Part shown: in pieces, positions 9,401-20,722 of the stretch | Position numbering within the stretch: the stretch's first letter is position 1 | Layout: each line of letters starts with the position of its first letter | Assembly (NCBI GenBank): GCA_000004985.1 | Contig: GG738854.1 | Strand: one strand, 5' to 3' | DNA: 64,000 nucleotides | DNA from: Naegleria gruberi | Lineage: Eukaryota | Translations under genes and position numbers: made by a program | The notes under the pieces: model-generated | What the model was told of the DNA's origin: nothing | Databases searched by the model: none | What the model saw: the letters and a program-made list of their open reading frames with translations, nothing else

Positions 9401-11697
9401 ATAAGATTGATTCTTACTTATCTTCTTTAAATCAAGTTTATAAGAAGGAAAAGGAAACTAATGGATATGTTTCTAATAGATTGACAAATTCTGATTTGAA
9501 GAATACTTTATCAAGTGCTAGTAACTTGCTTTTCTTTGGATTTTCCAATATCTCAAGCCTTTGTACTCAATTATCATCCGTTTTATTGTATCAACAGTCA
9601 ACCAAGATAGTTTCCAACTCAATTGACTATTCGAAATATTCAACTGAATTAATTAACATTACAGTTTCGTCATTTGTCAAGAGCAATTCCAGTATCAAGG
9701 CACTACAATTCTCTGACATTTTTCTAGATTCAGATTACATTCTTAACAAGTATAACGGTTACAATAAGGAAATTGGTCTTTCCTTAATTTCTTACAATTC
9801 GAAACTATATAATTCAAGCCAAACTCAAATAACCAACTCCAAAGATTTCACTCTTTATATGGGAGGAGAGGCTCTTCCTCTATCAGAATTAGTTCAACCT
9901 ATCTACATTTCATTTTCTGTTCAAAATTTGACTTCTTTGAATCAATCCCTTGTCAAGTGTCAATTTTGGAATGAAACAACAGAAAAATGGGATAATCAAG
10001 GATGTTCCTTGCATGTATTCAATCAAGCTACTGGCGAAGTGACCTGTAAATGCACTCACACTACTCTATTCGCTGCCTTTGTTGAACAATCATTCAATGA
10101 AACTCTGGTTGACCAAGTAGTATTGAAAGAGTTATCGAATTTGTACATTGCTCAAATTTCCTTTGGAGTTCTCTTCCTAATGCTTTCTAGTACATTACTA
10201 GTTGGTTTGATTATCATGAGAAAATCTCAACCATTAGCAAGTCGTTTCGTCACACCATTTATAGGAATGATTGCCTTAATAGTGGAATGTATCTTGTTGC
10301 TTATAACACAGAGAAGCATTTTATTGTCAGAACAGAATGGATGGTCTGAATCCACAGCTATACAAGTGGAAAGTTCAGATTTGGCAGCCAATATTGTTTC
10401 GAATATTATCGCCATTATTGTAAACACTTTGACTTTGACAGCAATGTTTGCTTATTTGTATCAAATTTCCAGATATCACATTCTGAAATATTTCTATCAC
10501 AAGCTTTCCATCAAGTTTTCCCTCAATTCTGGTCAAAAAGAAAGTGAACGAAACTTGTCCCTAATTAGACAGCTCTTGTCAACCAAAGCCATGATCACAA
10601 TCATCACTACTTTTGTAATTTTGAACCTATTATACTGGACTCTCTGGGTTATCCTTGTGAGAACTTCAGCAATTACAGGAGTTGCCTATTCTTACATTGT
10701 TTCAATTTCATTCACTGTGATTCTTCTTTGTTTAGGATTCATGATTTGTGGTTTGATTGGATTAGATGTTTTCATGACTCTTATGAATGAGAGAAAGGAA
10801 AAGTCAATTGTCAATAATGGTAATCAAGAAAACGCAAGTCAGTCCAGTAATTCATTGCAAAAGTTTGATAAGGAGGCCACCAAGAAAATAGCCAAGATTA
10901 GTTTATGGAAAGCGTATAATTGGTTTATTAAGATTGACAATCCTCTCTATTTTAGAGGTGAAATGAGTCTTTTCGTGTTGTGTTTCGTATTTTTGAACAT
11001 TTCACAAATTATTGGAATTTCAGGATTGAGTTATAAGAAAGGAGAAAAAATGTCAAGAGTTAATGATTCCATTTCTTTGGTATTCGAAGTCTTGTACTTG
11101 TTCACTTACTTGTTGGTCTTTGGAGGTTATGCATTGTTAGTCAGATTAGTTCAGTTTATTCAACAAAAGAAGAAACAATCATTATCCAAAAATAGAGATT
11201 CTTCTGAGATGGATGAATTAAGCCAAATCTTGAATAATGTGGAAGGATTGAGATTATTGGAGCAATTTAGTGAAAAAGAATATTCCTTAGAGAATTTGCA
11301 TTTATTCTTGGAAATGAAACACAACCAACAATTAATTAAGACATCTGACAATATGGATGAACTTTATGTGTTCATGGATAACGTTTGGTCAACTTACATT
11401 CAAACAGATTCCATTAAGGAAGTTAATATTCCATCCGATTGTAAACGAAATTTCTCTAAAGTGAAAAATTCCCTATTCGAAATTGTCAAGCAGCAAGAAC
11501 CTGAGTTGAAAAATCAAAAACCAATTCCAGAAGAATTGGCAACCGAATTACAACAAGTATTTTCTGTATTGTCTGATCAAATTACTTTCAATTTGAGTGA
11601 TACCTTTTCTAGATTCTCCTTGACTGATGAATATTCCAATTATTTGAATGTATTGGAAACTCAACAAGAGTTATTGAACAAATCCAAGCTAGTTTAG
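6457..11697 (+). CDS. Giant receptor: signal peptide, NHL-like beta-propeller, 12 tenascin/comC-type EGF repeats, GAIN/GPS motif, 7TM and a C-terminal RGS domain (adhesion-GPCR-like 7TM-RGS protein)
   Basis: A single 1746-aa ORF. The signal peptide is MFRFFLLITLTLAGFV, followed by propeller-like blades (NQRIRGL, LPTGITFD). Twelve tandem repeats of the form C.G.G.C....C.C..G..G..C. follow (7390-8440). The GPS consensus CQFWNETTEKWDNQGCSLHVFNQATGEVTCKCTHTTLFAAF lies at about 9960-10080, immediately before seven hydrophobic helices (10130-11160). The RGS consensus (EKEYSLENLHLFLEMKHN ... EVNIPSDCKRNF ... RFSLTDEYSNYL) lies at 11200-11650. Confidence 0.85.
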   Translation: MFRFFLLITLTLAGFVHQQMHVSGAESNVKYIVKTYSTLPANTNPNAIQFYNHKMYVTGSTNNIYAVSNNGSYTIVNPISTLDAPTGIHIVDDWLYVSNSGSQKVSKMYLNDSPIQVFDVLTFYPNTNLFVLSESELYAVDKNNNLIRHWKDSSFALVSVGSLNGPNGIFIRNNTIYFTENGARTLKAIDQNNQISILASDINAYSVYVTEDNVIFFTDYVGSLIWRIKDGQSSVIAGYSGSSGNDNKENVNATSSSVTLPTGITFDNLTGIIYFAEISNQRIRGLIPYCETAGHYLNAQKSRCVSSVCSGVDSTNSSVCSSRGICNQTNQCSCQSKYFGDNCELTSCNGIQSNSNLVCSGNGTCQDYNFCNCKNGLLGKNCQIATCFGILSNQTSACSSGRGICQGMDFCNCSKGFVGQDCAEHTCGGISYNNTATCSGNGTCVGVDSCSCKEGFYGDNCQMPKCFSIMSNDTSVCSGNGECIGKDKCNCKSDYSGYRCEITSCFGIPSNYSNVCSGNGNCTFKDFCNCTFGYLGKQCEVAPCYGIPANYSNVCSGNGNCNGKDNCNCQPGFSGNQCEIPTCFGILGNSSMACSGNGECQNLDQCNCNSNYTGSKCDVPICFGIAKSSSLVCSAIGNCTKPDFCECPSNYEGYECQFRITPRKLQTNGIPTAIVQGISTTFDLKVIGMELRTFSDLVNSRKDCGVTCSLSLSYSWYLKDRDNGSPLIIQHSNTAFGNTKYLSSSTFQLTFSPVISIGFTRILSRNVTLTFEIVSGGENVSISQDILIISPLLRTKGLGKIQPSSGIALGSLFSIEEDKNLWTVSEESKKYLEPFQFAFGFFYNQELVRISDFSINGMDLLFLPYLNANNSNGQSENLDIYVICKDALKNEYSSLIGTVSISPNLVNTVEELKNQIDDIARIIPYDSSWKFRDLKEYSSVIIESVSKLSIDINNPSNTLTTLRQLTSQSVASSYQVGSIINDKIDSYLSSLNQVYKKEKETNGYVSNRLTNSDLKNTLSSASNLLFFGFSNISSLCTQLSSVLLYQQSTKIVSNSIDYSKYSTELINITVSSFVKSNSSIKALQFSDIFLDSDYILNKYNGYNKEIGLSLISYNSKLYNSSQTQITNSKDFTLYMGGEALPLSELVQPIYISFSVQNLTSLNQSLVKCQFWNETTEKWDNQGCSLHVFNQATGEVTCKCTHTTLFAAFVEQSFNETLVDQVVLKELSNLYIAQISFGVLFLMLSSTLLVGLIIMRKSQPLASRFVTPFIGMIALIVECILLLITQRSILLSEQNGWSESTAIQVESSDLAANIVSNIIAIIVNTLTLTAMFAYLYQISRYHILKYFYHKLSIKFSLNSGQKESERNLSLIRQLLSTKAMITIITTFVILNLLYWTLWVILVRTSAITGVAYSYIVSISFTVILLCLGFMICGLIGLDVFMTLMNERKEKSIVNNGNQENASQSSNSLQKFDKEATKKIAKISLWKAYNWFIKIDNPLYFRGEMSLFVLCFVFLNISQIIGISGLSYKKGEKMSRVNDSISLVFEVLYLFTYLLVFGGYALLVRLVQFIQQKKKQSLSKNRDSSEMDELSQILNNVEGLRLLEQFSEKEYSLENLHLFLEMKHNQQLIKTSDNMDELYVFMDNVWSTYIQTDSIKEVNIPSDCKRNFSKVKNSLFEIVKQQEPELKNQKPIPEELATELQQVFSVLSDQITFNLSDTFSRFSLTDEYSNYLNVLETQQELLNKSKLV

Positions 11698-12357
11698 TTC
11701 CTTGTCTTCAACAAAAGTTGCTTATGGTAATAAATTAGAATCTTCATTTAAGCATTTTCAAAGTTTTTTCACTAAATAACAAAGTGAACCTAAATAGAAG
11801 CATTTTCCCTGCCCAATATTTGTAAATAAGCTCATTGTAAAACTACATTGTAAACAAAACTATTTGACTAATATTCTAATCCTTTTCTAAAATAATATAA
11901 TAATCAAAATCAAACATCATCTCCCCAAAGGTCATTTCAAGATATGACAAAGTAACCTTCATTAAGAATCATTAAATCAGATAATAGTCTGCACCATGTA
12001 TTACAATAATAATAACACCACTACTATCATTCACCTCCATAACGACTAATTAATTAACTGTTATTTCGATATCACATAACACAAAGCTTCTCAAGAAAAC
12101 CAACAACAATTTTCAAGTTTGTACTCTTGCGGAGTGGATTCATCCTTTGATTACTGCATTATTTGAAGGCTCAAATCACCTTTTAAAAAAACATCAGAAA
12201 AAAGAACAACACTCAACACTCTTCCCGCCGAGTTTTTTTTCGCTGATCACTCCCTGCATTTTACGTTGTTTGTGTTGTAACTTGAAATATCTTGCTCGGC
12301 ATCACCATCATCATCATTAATAATAATAATTGTAATATTGGAAAAACTAACAACTTA

Positions 12358-13617
12358 ATGAATCCATCAACTGCTCCAAAGGAAGCCATTTTGAGCTCCA
12401 TTCCTGCTCAATACTTCCCTCTCACTATTGTTATTGGCACAATTTCTACCATTGCTACAACATATACCTTGTCAACTTCTCAAGGACATACCAAACCATT
12501 CCCATACACTGATATTACTCACACAGCAAGATTTACTCCAGAAAGATATGTCTTTCGTGTTGGTATGCTTGCTATGGCTGTGGTCATGGCATGGAACTGG
12601 AATTTGCTCTATACTTGGTTGAGAAATGTACAACAACAAATCGATACTCTCCAAAAAAGAGTCAAGCTCATCAAGGAACATAATGAACATAGCCACAGTG
12701 TATTGAACACAATTCTCATGATGAATCCACCTTCTAATCATCTTCTCAACATTATTTGGTACTTGGGTATTGGTGCTTCTGTTGCTATTACTATTTCTTC
12801 CATGTGTATTACTTCTAATAGTGATATGCCTTGGACCATGCACGTTATTGCTGCTTCAAGCTTTTTCATTTTCTGTCTCGTTGCTCAAGGTATTACCACC
12901 TACAAGTCATACAAATTATATCAACAATTGAATCATGTCAGAGAGGAATCAAGTGCTGACGAAAGTCTTGCCGAAATCTCTGCTGATGCTCAAAGTCTTA
13001 CCTTCATGACCAAGAAATCATTGTACTTGAAGATTGGTATTACTGGTCTCAGTATTGCCATGTTGATGGTCAATATATTGAGCAGTGTTGCTGCTACTTC
13101 TGGACAAGGTGCTTCCACCACTGGTTTTGGAAATGTTCAACAACAAGTTAGTCTCTCAAAGTTGAATCTCAATTCTCATATTCCAACAACATCTCAACAA
13201 CAAACTGTTATTGAAGATATTCATTTGAAAACAACAACTAGCAATATTGTTGAATGGACCTGTACCTTGTTGATTGTCATTTACAATATCACCTTTGCTA
13301 TGGATTGGAGTAGTTGTAACTTGTTGACTTCTATTGGTCAAATTAATACCCCACAACCAAAGCAAACACCAGTTCAACAAACACGTAACTTTGGAGTTAC
13401 TCCATCTCATCATGCTTACAATTCTAGTAGATACGGTCAATACGGTCTTGTGCCAAATCATGATCCTGCTACAGAAATGTCAGATGTTACAAACTCTGGA
13501 CGTACTGTTCAACAACAAGCTGTCTATGTCTTCCCATCTTCTGTTTCTTCCAAGCAAGACCAAGATTGTACTCCTGTTGTTACTTCCCTCTATCCTGCAA
13601 CTTATAACATTCAATAA
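12358..13617 (+). CDS. Multipass membrane protein of the Frag1/DRAM/Sfk1 (TMEM150-like) family with an S/T/Q-rich C-terminal tail
   Basis: The ORF 12292..13617 has its first real ATG at 12358. It carries the N-terminal motif PYTDITHTARFTPERYVFRVGML (compare DRAM PYISDTG..PE..F), six predicted TM helices and a Gln/Ser-rich tail. It is intronless. Confidence 0.55.
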   Translation: MNPSTAPKEAILSSIPAQYFPLTIVIGTISTIATTYTLSTSQGHTKPFPYTDITHTARFTPERYVFRVGMLAMAVVMAWNWNLLYTWLRNVQQQIDTLQKRVKLIKEHNEHSHSVLNTILMMNPPSNHLLNIIWYLGIGASVAITISSMCITSNSDMPWTMHVIAASSFFIFCLVAQGITTYKSYKLYQQLNHVREESSADESLAEISADAQSLTFMTKKSLYLKIGITGLSIAMLMVNILSSVAATSGQGASTTGFGNVQQQVSLSKLNLNSHIPTTSQQQTVIEDIHLKTTTSNIVEWTCTLLIVIYNITFAMDWSSCNLLTSIGQINTPQPKQTPVQQTRNFGVTPSHHAYNSSRYGQYGLVPNHDPATEMSDVTNSGRTVQQQAVYVFPSSVSSKQDQDCTPVVTSLYPATYNIQ

Positions 13618-14109
13618 AACATCGTGATGATTCAAATTTTTTTATCAGATGCAATATTGGAACTTTACCATGCGAACTTGAACAATCTACCACACTAACA
13701 GGATGGGTTGAATTCGAATTGTTGGGGAATTTTTAACGACTGACCATTTCAATAGCTCAGGTTCAAAATTTGAATTAGGCCAAGACAACTAGCATCCCAG
13801 ATTAGCATATGAAACATATGCAATTAATCACGTCAACACACATTCGCAACTTTGGGCGCAATAACCACACTCTGAATCTTTTCTGGAATCTCTACTGTGA
13901 AGTTCGGCTGGAACAAATTTCCCGCCTTGAAAACATACGTTTATTTTCGATACAACTATCATCAACAAAAGGAAAAAAATACCACCGTCTGACACCGTCA
14001 TCTCTCTTTCTCTCAAGTTGTTATTGACAACGACGGCATCAACTCTTATCAATAGCATACTAATTTATAGATCAGCTTTGCTTTTGTATTTAGGGCGGGG
14101 CTTATTCAA

Positions 14110-17100
14110 ATGCAAGAAAGGAGTGTTGTAGGTAACCCTTACCAACAACCTCAATCACCTAATAATAATCCTCCAAAAAGACTTGAACGACAACGATCGA
14201 CTACATCGAACATGGCACATAGAATACCAAGTCGTTCCTCACTTGGTGGTAATCGTTCTGGACAAGAAGCAAATAATAGTAATATTAAATTAAAATCAGT
14301 AGAGAATGACCTCATCTCTCGGAGGGGTAGTAAACAATTAAATAGACCTAAAAGCACCATATCTAAGGTTTCTGTAGGAAGTGAAAGAATGAGAGAAGGT
14401 GCTATACAACGAATCGAATCTACAGTATTTCTCTTTATTAATGCTTTAAAACTAGAAAAACCAATTCCTAGGTTTATTTACTTTTTACTTAACTGGATAG
14501 TTATTTGGCAAACTCTTAGTCTGGGAGTATCAATAGATTTTAATTGGGGCGAGTATGGTCGTTATTTATACCATGCTGTGGCTATTCCCCGAACTTTTGG
14601 ATTCCAATTTCTGCCCTATGATGCTTTCATTGGATTGGCTATTGCTGTGTACATATTGGAAATAATAGCTCTATTCACTATTTATCTGACATATAGGTCG
14701 TTCATTAATGGAAGTAAATATTGGTCAAAAATCAAAACAACAGCTAGGATAACATTTGCCCTAATGATTATTATAAGTTTACCTTCAACGTATGGAATGA
14801 GTTCCTCATTTTGGGATTGCGATTATTCTCAAACTGAAACAATTTCTGGAAAGGTTACATTTACCTTGAAAAGATTTCCAACCATTGAGTGTTGGGGAGC
14901 TACCAATGGAGCAATGGCTGCCTTATCAATAATAGCCATGGTTGTACAGATATTTTTCACAACGTTTGCTGTATTTATATTCTGTGATACTAGTATATCA
15001 AGTAAGAGCATGTTTGCAATGGAAAATAGCCTCTTTCTCGCTGTGATTGTCTCCACAAATCAAATCTTCCTTATTGTTTCCCAAGTGACACCATCTATGG
15101 TTTATTATTTAAGACCAGTATACTTTATAGTTGTTTCATTAATTTCAGTAGGAGTTCTTATTTGGCAGACACCTTTTTTGTTCAGATCGATGAATTCAGT
15201 TTATGCAGGGATAACAACAGGTAGAATAGGTGTTGCGGCTGGGTCGCTTGTAGCCACATTAATCAATAAGGAAGATGAGTGGCAAGTTGGGCTAGGAATA
15301 ACATTTGGCCCAGTTGCAGGATTTATAATTTTCTTTTTTATTGGTTTTATTGGTGTGGAAATATATACTAGGGTTTTAAAATCAAGAGGAAGAAAGTTAT
15401 TGGAAGGACTGATGGAGTCAAGAAACATTGCCATCCTCATAGACAAAGACTATTACTACATTACACAATTCATTAGACATTCCACTAAGGCAAATGAGAA
15501 GGAAAAGACTTTAGGAAAAAGCTTCTCCAGAATGGTAGTCAATTACAAAGATGCCATTCCATCCGAGACCCTGCTTGCCATAGCTTTATTTATGAAATAT
15601 GTATTAGAAGACAATTCGACAACCTTTATTCTCATGCTATTGAAAAAGGCTGAAAAACAACGAAATGACTTTTTGACACGATTCAAGCTTTTCCTTAGAT
15701 TCAGAGAAATTGAGAGAGCTACTTCTACAGGAAGAAACAATTTTGAATTGGACCACATTTTGGAGGGAATTCAAAAGAAAAGCTGACTTGTTGAAACATT
15801 TGCAAGTTAGATTTTGGAAGAATGTTGCCTCAGGTCAAGATCTCTACTCTGTTACGAAACAAATGGAAGAAACTTCTACAGAATGCTATCAAACGTTTGG
15901 TAATTTAATGGTCAATCATCACAATAACAAGACTGTCCTCCGAGCATATGCATCATATTTGGAAGAGTTTGCATTTGAACCCCTATTTGCCGAGGAACTA
16001 TACAATGAGGCAAACATTTTAGAAGAAGAAGAGGTTCTCAAATCAAAACCTAAATCTAAAAAGCCTATTACAGCTCCAAAAACAAATCTTGCAAACTTGG
16101 ACGGAAAACTTGTTACCAATCTGGATGATGATGATGCTATCCTAGAATCAGCTAGTCAGCAGGGAGAAATGGATCCAGGTGAGCGTTTAAAGGAACAATA
16201 CAGAACTGCTATCAATAAGAGAGAAGAAAATAATTTCATTCTCATTTTCCTTGTCTCACTATGCGTTGTTTCAATTATTTACATGATCATTACTTTGGCT
16301 ATGGATTTAGCATTCACAAATAAGAACACAAGTATTGTAGAAGTTATTAAGGAAGCTTGTATATTAGGACCTATTCCATACGCTCTTCTTTCTGACATGA
16401 GACGAATTAATTTACTGGATGATGAGAGCTTGATTCAAAATTCAACAAGATTTTTCAATGATTACCAAGTAAGGCTCTCTTCTTTCAAATCAGTTTTGGA
16501 AACTTTTATTCACTCCTCAGAGGGATCATTATTTTCAACAAAAATGAAAGAAGACTTCACAAATAATGACAAATCATACAATGTAAGTGTGTTAATGTTT
16601 TTATTATTTACACCAACTTTATAGGTGGCTATAACCAAACTTGAGAATGTTACAGGAATTGAATTCTTCACCAAAAATGCCTCTATTTCTGCTATTGCAA
16701 ACGCTTTTTCATCTCTTACCAATGAAATTTCCTTATTCAACCTTACAACATATTCAGAAACCTATAGGAATTTCTACTTTTCCATGATGTTCGTTAACAG
16801 ATTGTCATTTACAAATGCTTTTGAACTCTTTTACTCTTCAATGATTTCTGGTGAACTTGTGGATTTACAATACGATACAAATGTGTTTGTGATTGTCTTT
16901 GCTACTCTTACTGCTGCCTATTTTATTTATATCCTTGTTTATCTTGGTATGCTGATCTCACATGTTGGTCATAGAAAGCACATCCTTAAACTGTTTTCAA
17001 ATATTCCAAAACAAGAAGCCTCAAAAATTAGCCATGAATTGGAACTTAAAACTGACAACACCATCATTCCACAAAAGAATTACTTTATTACACCAGTCAG

Positions 17101-20000
17101 AGGAATTATTATTTTGATTTCAATAGCTTTATCCATTACTACCATTGCCTCCGCTCTTATCTTATATGAGGGTCTAACTCAAATGAATAGTTCAATTCTT
17201 GTAATGAGAAAGTTGGAATACTCTTCAAAAGCTCTCATGACTTCTCAAAGAATATTATTCAAGATACAAGAATTATTATTAGAGGATGCATCAGCACTAG
17301 GTGTAAACAAGACTCAATTCTTCCATGAAATTGATGCTCATATTATGGATTTTGAACAGGGTTGGACTGCTTTAAGGTATGGTACTGCAGAAGACTCTTT
17401 CAGTTCCCTCTCTGGAGTGACGGGTATAATTGATGAGTTATTACAATCATCTAATTGCTCTTTGTCGAGTAATTCTAGTGTTGCAAGCGAATGTACTGGG
17501 CTTGACTCAATTGTAGAGGACTTTGACGGCTCAGTTTTGAAGTTAAACCAAAATGCATTCAGGGAAACATTTTCTAGAGATGTATTACTTGATGAGCTAC
17601 AGGCAGTTTATGATCAGAGTGTAGAGTTGTTCAATAGTTTTTCCATTATTATGAATTCTTATGTTTCAAACTTTTCCAATCAGCAAAAAGTTATTGGAGC
17701 TGTATCTACCTCATTGGCTTCCTTTTTCCTTTTGATTACAGTATTTTTGTTATATAGAGCAATTAGCAGTTTTGGAAGTGAAAATCACCAACTGAGAATC
17801 ATGCTAAACCATTTGCCAGTGGACATTCTCGATAGTGATGGTGATATTCGTTCATATATCATGTATTATACCCTTGGAAACTCAAAGAAAAAGTCTGACA
17901 AGAATGGACAACAAGTGAGTAATGAAAAAGCTATTCTTGAGGCAGCTGTTGCTGGAACAGCAGTTTGTTCTTCATATGGATCAATTGATATTTTCAACGA
18001 ATCTGCTCAAAAGATGTTTGGGTACAGATTGGATGAAGTGATTGGTGTGTCTTTGGCTCAAATGTTTACTAATGAAAGTCAGCCATCACTTCATAGTGTG
18101 CTTTCCAATATGGCAATTTCATCTAAAACTTATGGTGAAAACTTGACATTACAAGGTCAAAGAAAGAATAAGACAACCTTCCCAGTTCAACTCAGAATTT
18201 CAGTATCAGTAATTGAGGGAAGAAATATTATATCTTGTTTTATGACAGATTTAACAACAGATAGAGAGCATGATCTCATGTTGGCAGAAGAAAAGAAGAA
18301 GAGTGAATCATTACTTCTTAACATTCTTCCAGAGTCTATTGCACAACGACTTTCAAATGGAGAAACATTTATTGCTGACAGTCACGAGGATGTCACTTGT
18401 TTGTTCAGTGACTTGGTAGGATTTGTTGAGGTTTCTGTACACATGTCCGCAACTGAGCTTGTGCAAACTTTGAATATTATTATTAATGGTTTTGATTCTC
18501 TTGTGCCAATTTATCAAATAGAAAAAATCAAGACTATTAGTGAGAAATACTTTTGTGCTGGAGGTCTTAAGGTCAGGTCTGATGAAGGAGACCATCCTGA
18601 AGAGAGAACTCTTAAATTTGCTATGGATATGTTTGGAGTTGTCTACAATTACAACACAGATTTTCACAGAAACTTTACTGTTCGTATTGGTATGCATTGT
18701 GGACCATTGGTAGCCGGTGTTTGTGGTACTTTGAAGTTTGCTTATGACTTGTGGGGAGATGCTGTAAATGTAAGTTATTGTTTTCACTTGTATTTTGCTA
18801 ACTACTAAATAGACTGCTTCAAGAATGGAGTCTACAGGTAAATCTGGAAGAATTCAAATCACAGAAAAGTTACACAGCAAATTATGTGGAAAGTATCAAT
18901 TTGAAAAGTCTAGTGTTGTGGCAAAAGGAAAAGGAGAAATGACCACATATCTATTGAGCACTGAATACTATCAAAACACTTCTCCAGATGCTATGCCACT
19001 AGACAGTACCCTGAAAATTAGAGCAAGAGCTATGGGACATCCTGTTGGTGATGAATTCTCTGAACATCATTCCGAGAGTGGTCAACAAATGGAAGGAACA
19101 GAAGATTTTAAAAATATTAAACCCTCCACACCACCTCCGACCAGTCAAACCTTGAATCCAGTATTAGCCACCATAACTAAAGTTTCCTCATTATCTTCTC
19201 TAACTTCTGCTGCAGAAAAGGAGGAAAAGGAATTAGTTGCTAATGCCAATAACAACAATAATAACAGTACTCCCTCCCTAAACGTTGATCCAGTAGCTGG
19301 TTCAAATAATTCAACAACAACAACTGGACTTGATTCAATTCTTAGTAGATCTAGAAGTTTGTCTGTTAAGGTACAGCAACCAGTATTGCTTGATTTAAAG
19401 AATACAGAGAATAATAACTCTGGCAATCTTAGAAGATTCTCTCTTCCTCGATCAGGATCACCAATTTCTCCAGTCGGTTCTGAAATTAGAAATCCATTTA
19501 GTCCTGCCAAACAAACCAGCAACAGTAACGTGACAAGCAATGTGACCATACCAAACAATACTACAAACGAAGCTACGGAAACAACTGAAGTATCTACAAC
19601 TCCACCGCCTTCATCTTCTGTTTTAACAAATCAACATATTGAACTTCCACTATTACCAACAACTCAATCCCTTAGTAGTAATTCTCAAAGTAGAAATTCA
19701 AGTAGAAGAGCTAGCGTGAGCTCAGAGTGCTCATCTTCATCTTCAGGCACTCTTGAGATTATGAATAAGCCAGTGTTGAATGGGAATATTAGAAGATCAA
19801 TAGAGAGGCAAAAGATTTATGACCAAGAAACACACAGATATAGCGAACAAGATTCAGATGATGAGAATAAGAGTGTATTAGAAGTTCACAAGTTAAGGCG
19901 AGCATCTCAACCTTATGTAAATATGGACCATCATCACAGACATGAAAGTAATAGTTCATCCTCTGAAAACCATGCACTAAAGGAAGAAGAAAAAGAGTAA
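14110..20000 (+). CDS. Class III nucleotidyl (adenylyl-type) cyclase with an N-terminal multi-TM block, a two-TM-flanked extracytoplasmic loop and a PAS domain; four ORF segments joined by two ~42-nt introns and one unexplained frame break
   Basis: Segments: 14110..~15700 (Ser-rich N-terminus plus 7-8 TM helices), ~15677..16582, 16625..18769 and 18813..20000. The introns are about 16583..16624 (GTAAGT..TATAG) and 18770..18812 (GTAAGT..AAATAG). A PAS-like region lies at 17890-18250. The cyclase core is LLNILPESIAQRL..FSDLVGF..KTISEKYF..GMHCGPLVAGVCG..YDLWGDAVN|TASRMESTG and spans the second intron. Lys and Asp at the substrate-specifying positions point to an ATP-type enzyme. The C-terminus is a long Ser/Thr/Asn-rich tail. 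The frame break at 15677-15786 has no GT..AG that could account for it. Confidence 0.8.
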
Positions 20001-20647
20001 AGTTCACAAAAAAATGCCATTGCACAATGACACCATTCATGATGATATTGTAGTTTTCCAGAAACCATGACATAAATTTTTTCACCTCAACACCAATCAT
20101 TTTTCCATCTCATCCATGTTGATCATTAAAATCCATCTATTCAATCTGTTTTTTGATCAATCTATCAAACAATCGATCATGATTAATCAACAATTTCAAT
20201 CATATTGAATAAAGACTTGATGTTATTTGAAAAGGCTCAATTTTCAGCTAATTATCAAAAGATGTTGTTTGATTTCTTGTGATGTTTCAAAATAAAGAAC
20301 TTTAAAACACAAAAAGTTGTTTTTCCAAGTTGCTTAAAATCATGTTAGAAGCCAATCTCCTCCGATGTGGCATTTGAATATAAATTTCTTATAATCCTTT
20401 CTGAGCTCAACGACAGAAGGTTGCTCCGAACCTTTTTCCACGAATATGTCAAGTGCTCACTCTTGATTTTAATTTGGGATATGGATATTGCAATATTACA
20501 TAAGAGTGTTGGTTCTTGATTAATGATTGCTTACACAAGTTTGGACGTTATTGCTCCTGAACATGTGGTTTTGTTCAAAGAACACCTTATCAAATTTGCT
20601 TTCATTCTCTCCCTTTTTTCAAGTGTTTTATTTATCATGTCAAGTCT

Positions 20648-20697
20648 NNNNNNNNNNNNNNNNNNNNNNNNNNNNNNNNNNNNNNNNNNNNNNNNNN
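20648..20697. other. Assembly gap (run of 50 N)
   Basis: Literal n characters in the sequence. Confidence 1.
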
Positions 20698-20722
20698 TTA
20701 TTTAACAGATCTATCATAAAAA

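Noticed and set aside
15600-15706. Intron explanation (GTATTA...CAGAG, 106 nt) for the cyclase frame break
   Set aside because: The candidate intron is unusually long for this locus, is not AT-rich, and is translatable without stops as protein-like sequence. There are no other GT dinucleotides in 15700-15780, so a frameshift or indel is more parsimonious.
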